Positions 32,713 to 42,990 are shown, counted from the first letter of the stretch. The stretch is DNA of 64,000 bases from Opitutales bacterium (GCA_965226885.1 CBDDEL010000011.1:128001-192000), one strand, 5' to 3'. The notes: a model not told the origin generated them from the letters alone. Numbers and translations: made by a program.

Positions 32713-32739
32713 GACATAAACTTGGTAAATCTAACCGGT

Positions 32740-33729
32740 TTAAAATCCGGATGTTGAAGACCTTTTGGCAGGTTCGTGAGTCTGCAAATAAGCGGGACCA
32801 TCGGCGAAAAGCCCACTTAAATAGTTGGCCAGTTTTTCATTGGTCGGCCCGTAGCCGTCGCTATAGAGGTACATTTCTAAAGCCGTCAGCATTTCCTCTC
32901 CCGTTTGATAGCGGGCATCCCGGTCGCGCTGCAAGGCCTTGTGCAAAATTTCATTCAATTTCTCATCAATCCCCGGTCGAAATGTCGTGAAATCGGGAAT
33001 GGGCATTTCAAGAATATTGCGACGCGTTGCGGGCGGGTTATCAGCTTCAAACAGATTTTCGTCTAATAAAAGCTCCGCCATCACGATGCCGCTGGCAAAA
33101 AGATCGGCTCGCGCATCGGTAACTTCCCGGCGGGCCTGTTCGGGGGAGAGGTATTCGTCCTTTCCGGCAATCACCTCTCCCTCTTCATTATACATCAGGT
33201 CGAAGGCTTTGGCGATGCCGAAATCGGTCAGTTTAACATCTCCTTCATTAGCTAGCATGATGTTTTTTGGGTTCACATCCCGGTGAACGATGTTCAGCAG
33301 CCGTCTTTGTTTATCTTCGGCAGCATGGGCATAAGCTAAGCCCCTGATTATCCGTGAAACGATAAAAACTGCTATATCCACAGGTATGCGGCGTCCTAAA
33401 CAGCGATGCTGGCAGGTAAATTCCTCCAAATTATAACCGCTGACGTATTCCATGACCATGAAATACTGCCCCGAAATCTCTGCCAGGTGGTAGGTCTGCA
33501 CGATGTTCGTATGGATGAGGTCCGCCACCAGTTTGGCCTCTCCCACGAAATTATCGCGAAATTCCTTAATGGCGGAAAATTCCTCTCGTATCAACTTGAT
33601 GGCTACAGTCTTGCAGAATTTGTCCACCCCCAGTTGGGTCGCCTCATAAACCACTCCCATGCCCCCTTCTGCAATCTTGCGCACAAGCTCATAATGGAAT
33701 TCACTGTATAGATGTTTAAGAGGTCCCAC
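32740..33729 (-). CDS. Hanks-type Ser/Thr protein kinase, kinase domain only (probable GTG start 33729)
   Basis: [38 protein letters not shown]. Confidence 0.92.
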   Translation of the reverse strand: MGPLKHLYSEFHYELVRKIAEGGMGVVYEATQLGVDKFCKTVAIKLIREEFSAIKEFRDNFVGEAKLVADLIHTNIVQTYHLAEISGQYFMVMEYVSGYNLEEFTCQHRCLGRRIPVDIAVFIVSRIIRGLAYAHAAEDKQRRLLNIVHRDVNPKNIMLANEGDVKLTDFGIAKAFDLMYNEEGEVIAGKDEYLSPEQARREVTDARADLFASGIVMAELLLDENLFEADNPPATRRNILEMPIPDFTTFRPGIDEKLNEILHKALQRDRDARYQTGEEMLTALEMYLYSDGYGPTNEKLANYLSGLFADGPAYLQTHEPAKRSSTSGF

Positions 33730-34018
33730 GTCTATAAGAAATAGAAAAAAAAATGCCCTTGCAAGCGGGAAGAAACATTCTAGCACGAAAAATGCTATCA
33801 AGTTTTGTAGTTATCGGTAATTAGAGGCTGTCCCAAAAGGGTGATTTTTGCGAGGGCTTTTGATAGGCGCTCATTTTAGAGGTATTTGCATTTGGGAGAG
33901 TATCAACTTTGCTCTCCTATGACGTTAGGATACTGGTTTTGGGGTCCGGTTGCCTGGTTTTCTTTGTATGAGCCGACAGTAAGGCTGTGAAAAAGTATTG
34001 TCCTTGCTTTTCCGCTCT

Positions 34019-35500
34019 CTAGGCCGCCGCTTTGGTTTTTAGTTCGTCTTGCTGGGCCAGCATCTTGGCTACTTTCCATAGGTTGTGCGAGAGTACCGAC
34101 CAGGCTACGCTGATCGAGCGGTTGGCAAAGCCTTTGCTGCGCAACCGCCCGGCCTGCCAGCGATTCTTCAATACCCCGATCCGCCCTTCGGTGCTGGCCC
34201 GGCGCTTTTGCAATTGTCTGAACAGTGGTTCCTCCATCCGTTTTTTCAACTGCTTCGGATCGCGTGGACAGAGCGCGTCGTAGATTCCCTCCTGGGCTAA
34301 CTGCCGGCGGGCCCGCTGGGAGGCAAATCCCCGGTCCGCGCACATGGCCGCTATGGGTTCTTCCAGGTTGAAGCGGTTCTGTCTTTGCAAACTCTCTTGC
34401 ATTTGTTCATTTTCGCTTGGAGTTCGGCTGCCGTAGAGTTTCCAGTCCAGCAGGTACCCTTCAACGCTTTCTCCCAAAAACAGGGTGTTGCCGAACTCGA
34501 CCTCTTGGCCCGCTTTACCTCGCACAATCACCTGCCCATCGAGTTCGTAAACACTCAAGACTTTCTCTGCGTTTTTCACCTGGCGGCCGCCAATGATCCG
34601 CTCGTGCGCCTGTTTGATGACCACCGGGATTTGCTCGCTCATGCGCTCCATCCGGGCGAGGATCTGTTGGACCTGTTTTTCGCTGTAATCGCTTTGCTCC
34701 CAGCAGGCTTGCAATAATTCCCGGTGACTGCGGGCATGCTCCCCGATCCGTTTGAGCAGCTTTTTCATCTGCCTCAAGATACCCTTGCGCTGCCGCGCGC
34801 TGTCCTTTCGCCGCCGGCTGTGGGTCATCTGTATGCACAGCCGATTCATCTGCCGAGCCAAGGGCTCCGGTTCGATCGGCATGCGATGGCGCAAACCGGC
34901 CTTCTCGCGGATCAGCCGGATCGCTTTGAGCAACGTGCCGGCTACATCCTTGAGTAATACCCAGTCCGTCGGCCAATGAATGTTAGCCTCCAAACAGGTG
35001 CCGTCGATCAGGCAAATGGTGGTGTCAATCGGCTTGTCCAATCCCACCTGCCGGGCCAGAAGGGCATCGCCCACCACCTCAGTCAAGGTCCGGTGCAAGG
35101 CCCTCAACTGCTCTTCGCTGAAAAACTTCGAGGCCCGCTCCAGGGTGCTTTTGGAGATGCCCCTGATGCCATCGATCTGCCGGACACGGCAAAAGTCGGC
35201 CAACAGATCGCTGCTGCCCAGAGCCCGCGACAAATGCCGAAACGAAATCCCTCCGAGCAGACGGCCCAGCGTATCCATGCGCAGTGCCTTGATGGCAAAA
35301 CTGGCCCGCTGCCGCCGGGCCTTTAGACCCATTGGCGGCCACCCCTCCAAGGCCAGCTCAATGGCCTGCGATTCCACCTCCGAGTCGATCAGCAGCCGAT
35401 CGATTCGATCAATGGTGGCGCGGAAGTTATCGTAATCGAGGCACCGGTCGACCACAGTTAAAGCTGGACGCAGGAGGCATTGGATGGCTATATTTTTCAT
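34019..35500 (-). CDS. IS5-like DDE transposase (ATG at 35500)
   Basis: IDGTCLEANIHWPTD, GKAGQEVEFG, ADRGF, RASTEGRIGVLKN. Confidence 0.85.
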   Translation of the reverse strand: MKNIAIQCLLRPALTVVDRCLDYDNFRATIDRIDRLLIDSEVESQAIELALEGWPPMGLKARRQRASFAIKALRMDTLGRLLGGISFRHLSRALGSSDLLADFCRVRQIDGIRGISKSTLERASKFFSEEQLRALHRTLTEVVGDALLARQVGLDKPIDTTICLIDGTCLEANIHWPTDWVLLKDVAGTLLKAIRLIREKAGLRHRMPIEPEPLARQMNRLCIQMTHSRRRKDSARQRKGILRQMKKLLKRIGEHARSHRELLQACWEQSDYSEKQVQQILARMERMSEQIPVVIKQAHERIIGGRQVKNAEKVLSVYELDGQVIVRGKAGQEVEFGNTLFLGESVEGYLLDWKLYGSRTPSENEQMQESLQRQNRFNLEEPIAAMCADRGFASQRARRQLAQEGIYDALCPRDPKQLKKRMEEPLFRQLQKRRASTEGRIGVLKNRWQAGRLRSKGFANRSISVAWSVLSHNLWKVAKMLAQQDELKTKAAA

Positions 35501-35513
35501 AGAAAGGGCTATA

Positions 35514-35664
35514 GGCGGATCCTCCAGCAGTTGGTCTTCGAGCCCCTGCCGGAACTCTCCGTCCCAGGCATTTTCTCCGGGCAGGCACTTGATCCGCTCC
35601 ACCAAAAACTCCCCGCCCTGCGCGCGAGATCAAGCATGAGTTCAGGCCCCACCTGACTCTTCAT
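35514..35664 (-). pseudogene. Frameshifted 5' gene fragment, possibly a PLP-dependent decarboxylase N-terminus, cut at the unit boundary
   Basis: ELMLDLARRA/LVERIKCLPGENAWDGEFRQGLEDQLLEDPP; family assignment from recall only. Confidence 0.35.
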
Positions 35665-35899
35665 CGCTCCGCGTCGAGTCCGTATGACGTTTCTCGTCTT
35701 CTATATTCGGTGTCACAACTAACTGCGGCGTGATGCTTTAGATAACACAACAGAATTTTCGATGGGTTTCGTTTCCCATGGCCCGTTTCTCGAACTGCCT
35801 TTCGACCCGCTCACTCCTCCTTCGTCGAGCCGCCCCGCCCAATACGAACCGTCCCGGACTGTCGCAAAGATAAACGGCCACCTGGGCCACCTGATGAGC

Positions 35900-35988
35900 A
35901 CTCGTCCCCTGGCTACCAACAATAGGCCATGAAGGCGATGCTCGTAGGAAGATTGCTCGCTTCGACGGATTTCACCTTGCAAGACCAA
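35900..35988 (-). pseudogene. IS630-like transposase N-terminal remnant
   Basis: LQGEIRRSEQSSYEHRLHGLLLVARG resembles IS630 HTH N-termini. Confidence 0.45.
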
Positions 35989-36049
35989 GCTAGGGGCGCG
36001 CCACGGGCAGCCATCCCTGCACCGGCGTGCCCAACCGGATAGCGCCCCG

Positions 36050-36214
36050 CGTCTTCAGCGATGCGGCTTGCGATACGGTTGGCGGCGGCCTTGAGGGAAC
36101 CGTAGGCGAGGTGGGTGTAGCGGCGGCGGTCTGCACCTTGTTGTGCCGGAGCAGGTTTCCAATCATGGGCAGCGCCTCGCCGACCGGAAACCCGTTTCTG
36201 GCATAGCTATGTCC
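36050..36214 (-). pseudogene. Tyrosine recombinase (phage integrase) C-terminal remnant
   Basis: HSYA..GEALPMIGNLLRHNKVQT then, after a frameshift, RYTHLAYGSLKAAANRIA (box II H...Y). Confidence 0.7.
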
Positions 36215-36326
36215 AAAAGGTCGTAAATGCGCTACCAAAGCTCACGAAAAGAGGCGTGCCGCGCTTGAAGTCGGGCATCACCCGGGGGGGTTGCCTTCCT
36301 AAAGTGCGCCGCGGCGCTGAAGCTCT

Positions 36327-38852
36327 TCAAAAACTGTAGCCGAGCTTTCCGTACCAGAAGGCGCCATCAAACCCAAAGGGGCAGAACTGGCCGTATTTGT
36401 TGCCAGTAGTCGCGGCGGACTTCGGATTTTCGTCAGGGTAATTGTTGAAGACGTTCTGAGCGCCCGCCGTTAAGGTGATTCGATCCGTAAGGGAGTAGTT
36501 GACTTCGAAATCAACGAGGAATTCGTCTCCGTAGGTTTGACTATCCTCGGAATCATGCCAGGAACTATAGTAACGGCCGCGGCCCAGCAGATTCCAGCGA
36601 TCCAGCATGGGCTGCGTCAGGGTTATGGTTGCCCGATGCCTGGGAAGACCCTCCTGTAATTCCCGGATGCGGACGTCGTTTATCGTCTCGGGGCTGAACT
36701 GGGTGACTTCCGTATTCGTGTAGTTATAACCGAGGCTCAGTTCACCCTCCCGCACTCCGGTCGACAGAACGACGTCGATGCCGCGGGTTTCCGTGTCAAA
36801 GTCATTGATGAAAAAGACGTACTCCACCAGATTGTAGGCGTCGGTGATGCCCGTAGCGAACAATTGATCGCGCTCTGCATCCGTAAACTCGAAGTCCTGT
36901 GAGAGCGACATGCGGTTCTTCACGTCGATGCCGAAATAATCGACCGTGATTACCGTATTGCCCATATCGACAACGAAGCCGATACTGAAGTTGGTCGATT
37001 TTTCAGGCGTGAGCGCCTCGCCGCCCCTCCCCATCGCAACGGGATTGGTGGGAGGAATCACGGCCCTGGTGATTAGTTCCATTCGGTCCGCTTGAAATTC
37101 AGTGGTTACGTTGAAAGCGTTTTGCTGACCGGGAGTGGGGGCCCGGAAACCGGTGTTGAAGCTCCCGCGCACCTTCAGATTCTCGTTGATGCCGTAGGTG
37201 GTCGCCAGCTTATAGTTGATTGTGCCTCCGAAATCATTGAATTCTTCATAGCGCAAAGCGGCGGCAACCAACCAGTCGTCGGTCAGCTCGTATTCCGCGT
37301 CCACGTAGACGGCATAGTTGGAGCGGTCCCATATACCGGCGGCGCTATCACCGAAACCCGAGAAACCGTTGGAAGCACCCCTGAATCCCTGCTGATGCAG
37401 AGCCTGGCCGATCGCATATGACTCGGGTTGCCCCCTCACGATTTCAAACTCCTCGACACGGTATTCGAAGCCACTGGCGAGGAACAACTGCTCGCTTAGC
37501 GGATAGGTCACGCCAAAGTTGAGGTTGATTTCGGTCTGAATATAATCACCGGGATCGAAATAAGTCGGAGTATCGGGGCCGAGAGAGGCGTTGACGGTAT
37601 TAAAGATAAAGAAATCAGTGTGATGACGCCCGTAAGCAGCGCTGAAATCCAAGCCGAGTTTCGATCCGGTTGTTCTCACCCCGGCGACAATGGATTGGTC
37701 CTTCGCGTACCCGCCAAAGCGGGGCGTGAAACCGCCGGGGAAGAGTTCCTGAAAGGTGAACAGATTGGGATCGTCGAACACCTGTTGCAAAGCGACGGGG
37801 TCCGGCACATGGTTAGTTATCGTTACCACAGGGACCTTGGACTCATCGCCATCCAAAGCGCCCACCAGCAACGTTTTTCCGGCGTCATTACTGAATACGC
37901 CGCGTCGCGTATTGGGATTGCGGTAATAGAACCCGCCCTCCACTTCCTTGCTCGCGTAGTTGGCATGACCGTAGAACTCGAGGTTCCCGCCTATGGCGGC
38001 GCCGTAATTGGCAAACAATTTGAGATCGTCCCGAACGAAGGGTTGACCCCAGATTTGAGCGGGATTCGCCACCTCGCTGTTTCCCACCGCGATCAGAGCA
38101 GCGGCGTCATCTCGCTGCACGGAGCGGATGGTCTCGCCAGAGTTGCCGTACTCCCCGCTGAGATTGATCCAGGCCTTTTCGCTGCCCAAGCCGATATTGC
38201 CGGCGATGGAAACTGCTTCGCCGCCACCGTCCTGGTAAATCCCCGTTCGAACGATGAGAGACCCTCCTTCGTAACTGTCGTTGAGCTCGAAGTTCAACAC
38301 CCCCGCAATGGCATCGGAACCGTACTGCGCCGAAGCTCCGTCGCGCAGCACTTCAATCCGTTTCAGAGCGAGCGCGGGAATGGGGGCTACATCGGGCCCC
38401 TGTGCGCCATCGGCGACGCCGTTGCCCAACCAGTGAATCACGGACGCGCGGTGGCGGCGCTTGCCGTTGATGAGCACCAGCGTATGGTCCGGCGGCAGCC
38501 CGCGTATATTGAGCGGCCGAACGATCGTCGAGGAGTCGCTGATCGGCTGGGTATTGACGTTGTAAGAGGGGATGACGTTCCTCAATAGATCCTGTAAATC
38601 AGTGAAGCCTTGCATGGTGAGGGATTCGCCGGCGAATGTATCGACGGGCACCGCTGAATCAACCACCGAACGCGGCTCCGCCCGCGAACCGATGATGACC
38701 AGTTCTTCGAGGACCTGCAGATTCTCGGAGTCGTCCCGGGGCTCGGACGGGGCTGGGGTCGAGTGAACGCTTTCGGGCTGCAGCACCTCCTGCGCGAAGG
38801 CATTTAAAGGAAGCAATGCAAGTATGGTAAGAGTAATTGTAGAAAGTCTCAT
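36327..38852 (-). CDS. TonB-dependent outer-membrane receptor
   Basis: Signal peptide; TonB-box-like EELVIIG; plug motifs LVLINGKR, IEVLRDGASAQYGSDAIAGV; C-terminal Phe. Confidence 0.93.
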   Translation of the reverse strand: MRLSTITLTILALLPLNAFAQEVLQPESVHSTPAPSEPRDDSENLQVLEELVIIGSRAEPRSVVDSAVPVDTFAGESLTMQGFTDLQDLLRNVIPSYNVNTQPISDSSTIVRPLNIRGLPPDHTLVLINGKRRHRASVIHWLGNGVADGAQGPDVAPIPALALKRIEVLRDGASAQYGSDAIAGVLNFELNDSYEGGSLIVRTGIYQDGGGEAVSIAGNIGLGSEKAWINLSGEYGNSGETIRSVQRDDAAALIAVGNSEVANPAQIWGQPFVRDDLKLFANYGAAIGGNLEFYGHANYASKEVEGGFYYRNPNTRRGVFSNDAGKTLLVGALDGDESKVPVVTITNHVPDPVALQQVFDDPNLFTFQELFPGGFTPRFGGYAKDQSIVAGVRTTGSKLGLDFSAAYGRHHTDFFIFNTVNASLGPDTPTYFDPGDYIQTEINLNFGVTYPLSEQLFLASGFEYRVEEFEIVRGQPESYAIGQALHQQGFRGASNGFSGFGDSAAGIWDRSNYAVYVDAEYELTDDWLVAAALRYEEFNDFGGTINYKLATTYGINENLKVRGSFNTGFRAPTPGQQNAFNVTTEFQADRMELITRAVIPPTNPVAMGRGGEALTPEKSTNFSIGFVVDMGNTVITVDYFGIDVKNRMSLSQDFEFTDAERDQLFATGITDAYNLVEYVFFINDFDTETRGIDVVLSTGVREGELSLGYNYTNTEVTQFSPETINDVRIRELQEGLPRHRATITLTQPMLDRWNLLGRGRYYSSWHDSEDSQTYGDEFLVDFEVNYSLTDRITLTAGAQNVFNNYPDENPKSAATTGNKYGQFCPFGFDGAFWYGKLGYSF

Positions 38853-38870
38853 TGGTATCTGAATATGACC

Positions 38871-38899
38871 ATTACACCACTCAACCAACTCGAGGTCAA
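38871..38899 (-). promoter_or_regulatory. Candidate sigma70 promoter of the TonB-dependent receptor
   Basis: TTGACC-17bp-TGTAAT on the minus strand, 19 bp before the ATG. Confidence 0.45.
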
Positions 38900-38933
38900 G
38901 TCCGGATTCTACTGCCAGGGTAGAAAGATTCTA

Positions 38934-39277
38934 GGTTCCTCGACGTTTTCAGTGGTACATTGCGGAGGGGATGTTGAGTTTACCGACGGCGAAGTGGAGC
39001 ATGGTGATTAGCTTCTTTAGTGGTGTGATGGCCTCTGGCTTTGCGTTTGGTTGCGCTAAAGACACTGTTGAGTTCTTCAATGCAGGTATTGGTGAAGTGC
39101 GATTCCCAGTGGGCGAGGGTTTCCTCTTGGTGATTTTCGATTATGTTGGCCCATGGGTTTAAGGAAGCCTCGCCATGATGCTTACACATTGCGGTAATAA
39201 CGTTCGAAATAGGTACTCAGGTTGCGTCTTCTCAGTAAAGGATATTGTGCCAGTACCACTGAAAACGTCGAGGAACC
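38934..39277. mobile_element. 344-bp ISL3-derived MITE, 25-bp perfect IR, 8-bp TSD
   Basis: GGTTCCTCGACGTTTTCAGTGGTAC at both ends inverted; AGATTCTA at 38926-38933 and 39278-39285; internal ISL3-like C-terminal remnant (TNTCIEELNS..KRKARG). Confidence 0.9.
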
Positions 39278-39380
39278 AGATTCTAAGACGCAACTAGCTG
39301 ATAAGCAGCTGATAAGCAAAAAGATAAAAAAAGAGCTAGACAATCCCGAATAAATCAGTCATGTTAAGATGGTATGAAAG

Positions 39381-41080
39381 CCGAGATTTCCCATATGAAC
39401 ATTCGTAATCGTTGAAAATAGCTACTTTCTAATATTTCGATCCAATTTTCTGCTTTCAATGTGATTTTGCAATCCTTTCCTTGGTTATTTGATGATCAAA
39501 TCGGCAGTATTTAACAATTATTGCTGATTTTCCCTTTGCTTGGTCAAATCAGGGAAAGATATTTCCTTCTGTTGGAGGTTTCCACAGCACTGATTCCCAC
39601 AGCACTGATTCCTTTTGTATCGAAAAATCTTCTTACTCACCCCGTATCAGGTGCGAGTCGCAGTCGCTCTACTCGCTTGAGCATGGTTCGAAACATTTCT
39701 CTTGGGATGGCCACCTCAGCCATCTGGAAAGTGATATACTTGGCATGGTGGATCACCTTTGCTCCGATTTTGATGAGTTTCTCCCGCAAAGAGCTCAGCA
39801 TCTAGTGCTTCACCTTGCCAGGAAGAATCAACCGGCGCATGAAGTTGCCCAGATTGTAGGCTAAGCCGAAGAGCTGAAGCCGAACGGCATTGTCCTCAAA
39901 GTCATGGCAGGACAAGCGGGTCCAGTGGATGGCATGTTTGCCCTCTTTGATCCACTGCTCTGCGGTGCCCCGGTGGTTGTAAAATTTCACTACCTTCCTG
40001 GGTGGCCAGTTCAGATTTGTCACGATGAAACCGACCCGCGCAAATAACTCTCCGGCCTGCCACTCGACCTTGGCCACCACCCGGCGAGGTCTCTGCCAAC
40101 TAGCGGCTTGATACGGAAAACTGGCATAAAACACCTTGGGTGCCCACGAGGGTCGCCCCACTGGCCGAGTGAGTAAAGGGGCGATATGTTTTTGTAAAAT
40201 CGTGTTGCTCTGCAGCCGAATGGCATAGGAGAAGTTCTCTTGCTCAAGGTAACCGTAGAGGTCCGGATTGGCGAAGGCTGCGTCACCTCGGAAAAATCGT
40301 TTCAGGGGACAGTCACGATAGCGGGCAACGACCGGTTGGAGCACCGACAACCAATCGTCGGCACTGTGCACATTGCCTTTACGCAGGTTGGCCCGTTCCA
40401 GATCACCAAACTGGTTGAAGCAGAACAGGGGATGGTAACAGGTGCAGCCGAAATGACCGTTGAAGGCTGAGCCTTCCTGCTTCCCGTAAGTAGGGCTCTC
40501 CGAACTATCCATATCGAGAATCAATTTTTTCATCCCCACTCGCCTATTCACCTGGTCGATCCATTGACCACTCATGTCCATCAGTGCGCTCAGATTCGCA
40601 GGCTTGGTTAACATCTGTGTTTCAAAGCGGCTCATTTCACTGGGCGAAGCCGCCGGTTGCCAATCGGCACGACCCCCGACAATCTGCCTCATGACCGGAT
40701 CAAAGCGCAGGCGCTCCGCATCGTTCGTATCTTTGTATCCTGCCAGGCGACTAAAGACAGACTGCCGAAGCAGAGCCGTTCTGCCGTGCTGGATATTTTT
40801 GCCCGTGCGCTCCTCCACCACATTTTTGCTTCCTATTGCAGTCAGCCCGAAAGCCTCATCGAGTTCCCGGTAGAGTAACAATCCTGCATCACTGGTAACC
40901 TTCGCACCGTGGAACTCCAACTTGATTCGGCGGTTGAATTGAACCCGAAAACTGCTCTTTTTTGCGTCACCCATTGGATTTTAAGAATTTGCTCGTTATA
41001 AGTATATTTAAGTAACTTATTATTAAACACATAGCGCTTATTTCAAGCTAATTTTCTTATGATGAAATGGGAAATATGGG
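39381..41080 (-). mobile_element. IS1380-family element (1700 bp)
   Basis: Ends CCGAGATTTCCCATATGA at 39381 and (inverse) CCCATATTTCCCATTTCA at 41080. Confidence 0.8.
39637..40974 (-). pseudogene. IS1380-family transposase with internal TAG (39802-39804)
   Basis: TSDAGLL, LDMDSS, RGDAAF, YNHRG.AEQWIKEGK; frame continues KH*MLSSLREKLIKIGAKV... Confidence 0.88.
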
Positions 41081-41212
41081 CTATATTGATTTTCGCTAAC
41101 TCAATTATAGAACCCTTTTTTGGCCGGATCGAGCAAAAACTTGCTCTTTCCGGCTCTTTTTATCAACGTCATCCAGTTGACTATAAAATCTTTATATTTT
41201 TGGGACAGCCTC

Positions 41213-42039
41213 TAACTAACTTCGTTGCGGTCGCACCAAGAGAGTATCCGGTCTCGACAAAATCCACTGTCGGCGCGCCAAATAATCCGCGTACGGGGCC
41301 AGCTTTGGCGAATCCGTTTAACCAGCAATTTGAGGATGGCCCCGGCATGCTTGCTGGCATCGATCTTGCTCGGCCGCAGGTAGGCCACCAGCAGCTGATC
41401 ACCGCAAAAAACATATAGCGGCAGAAAACAGTAATGATCATAATAACCGTGGAAAAAACGTCCCTCCTGGAGCCCGTGCACCGGATTGTCGGTGGCGTCA
41501 AAGTCCAGGATGATCTCTTCGGGTTCCTCGGCAAAGGAGCCCATGAACTGTTCGACCAACAGCTCGTTTACCGCAAAGGCCGCCCGCCGATCCTGCCCGT
41601 TTTCAAAACGACACAAAGTCGGCGCGCTGGCCAACGTTTCAATGCGCCCCGTTACCGTTGGCAACAATGGATCGTGGCGCAGGGTATCAAAGTCGTTCAA
41701 ATCCTCATAGCCCGCCACCAGCCCGTAAACGCGCTGCCGCAGCATCCCCAATACCTCATGGCGTACTTTGCCCTTCTGCCGTTTGTCCACTAACTGTCGG
41801 GCCGCTCGTTCGGTCAAGCCCAACTGCCGATCCACTTCCCGGATCAAAAGCAGTCCGGCATCCGAAGTAACCTCTCCGCCCTTGAAATCAACCCGCACAC
41901 GGCGGCCTTTTACCCTTGTCAACTGTAGCTTTAATTGTTTACCTTTTGTCATCGCTGATATTGCTTTAATTATTGATCTATCCTGCTGTATATCAGCAGT
42001 TAAGCATATCAACGATACTTTTTTTACGAAATATCCGGG
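41213..42039 (-). mobile_element. Second IS1380-family element, 3'-truncated at the IS5-like end (transposase ATG 41952)
   Basis: TSDAGLL, GYEDLND, LDFDATD, RADSGF; IRL CCCGGATATTTCG ending at 42039. Confidence 0.85.
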
Positions 42040-42222
42040 CTAACCCGGATGTAAACGCCGGGATGAAACCGGTACGGGGGTCGGGGTAAAACCGGTACGC
42101 TTGGAATAAGGTTTAGGTTAGTAATTGCAGGTACGTCAAGGTTTAGGGTTTGGGAGTTGGTTTTGGGGATTGGCTTGGGGTCGGTGAGGAGGCCGGAGGC
42201 CGACGAGCCGGGCCCAAGGCGT

Positions 42223-42990
42223 TTATTGTTTTGTGCCACGGCGACGGCGTCGAGCATCGCGCAAGCGGTAGCTTTGCCCGTTGGCTTCGAGGATATGCAC
42301 CCGATGGGTGAGTCGGTCCAGCAGAGCTCCGGTGAGCCGTTCGGAACCGAGCACTTCGATCCAGTTCTCAAAGGGCAGGTTGGTGGTGACGATGAGACTG
42401 GTGCGCTCGTAAGCGCGGCTGACCACGTCGAAGAGCAGTTCGGAACCGGTCTTGGAAAAAGGGACGTAACCGAGTTCGTCGAGGATGAGTAGGTCGAGCC
42501 TTTCGAGTTGCTTCATGAAGCGCTGCAGGTCGTGGTTGTCGCGTTGCTCGAGCATATGGGTAACCAGGGCGGTGACCCCGAAGAAACGGATCCGCCGGCC
42601 CTGGGCACAGGCGGCAAAGCCCAGGGCGGTGGCCAGGTGCGTTTTACCGGTACCGGCGTTACCGAGGAGCAGCACGTTTTCGCGCTGGTCGACATACTCC
42701 CCGCGCATGAGCTCTCGGATGAGCGCTTCGTTGAGCGAGGGCTGCGCTTCAAAGGCGAAGCTCTCGAGGGTCTTGAGCACGGGGAAACGGGCGTTTTTGA
42801 TCCGCCGCTGGGCGGCCCGCTGTTCGCGTTCAATGAGCTCCCGTTCGACCAGATGCAACAAAAAGGCGGCGTAATCGAGCCGGTCCCGGGAACAAGCCGC
42901 GGCCACCGCCGGCCATTCGCGCAGGATGGTGGGCAACTTCAGTTTCTTGAGGTGATGGTGTAACAGCAGCTGGTTTTTTTCTTCCTTCAT
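42223..42990 (-). CDS. istB: IstB ATPase
   Basis: One amino-acid difference from copy 1. Confidence 0.95.
   Translation of the reverse strand: MKEEKNQLLLHHHLKKLKLPTILREWPAVAAACSRDRLDYAAFLLHLVERELIEREQRAAQRRIKNARFPVLKTLESFAFEAQPSLNEALIRELMRGEYVDQRENVLLLGNAGTGKTHLATALGFAACAQGRRIRFFGVTALVTHMLEQRDNHDLQRFMKQLERLDLLILDELGYVPFSKTGSELLFDVVSRAYERTSLIVTTNLPFENWIEVLGSERLTGALLDRLTHRVHILEANGQSYRLRDARRRRRGTKQ

Larger units (their letters stand above)
35514..41080 (-). mobile_element. Putative IS1380-driven transposition unit carrying a TonB-dependent receptor
   Basis: CTATA at 35509-35513 and 41081-41085; right boundary equals the IS1380 IRL; left boundary cuts a reading frame. Confidence 0.72.
33824..41212 (-). 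mobile_element. IS5-like element (about 1817 bp when rejoined) split by a 5567-bp insertion at 35514-41080
   Basis: 15-bp IR GAGGCTGTCCCAAAA at 33824 and its inverse ending at 41212; CTATA duplicated at the split. Confidence 0.8.

Noticed and set aside
33780..33797. Sigma54 -24/-12 promoter (TAGCACGAAAAATGC)
   Set aside because: It lacks the invariant GG at -24 and points into an IS; not supportable.
35501..35605. N-terminal 35 aa of the 528-aa transposase ORF
   Set aside because: Chance fusion across the insertion junction; the likely start is the ATG at 35500.
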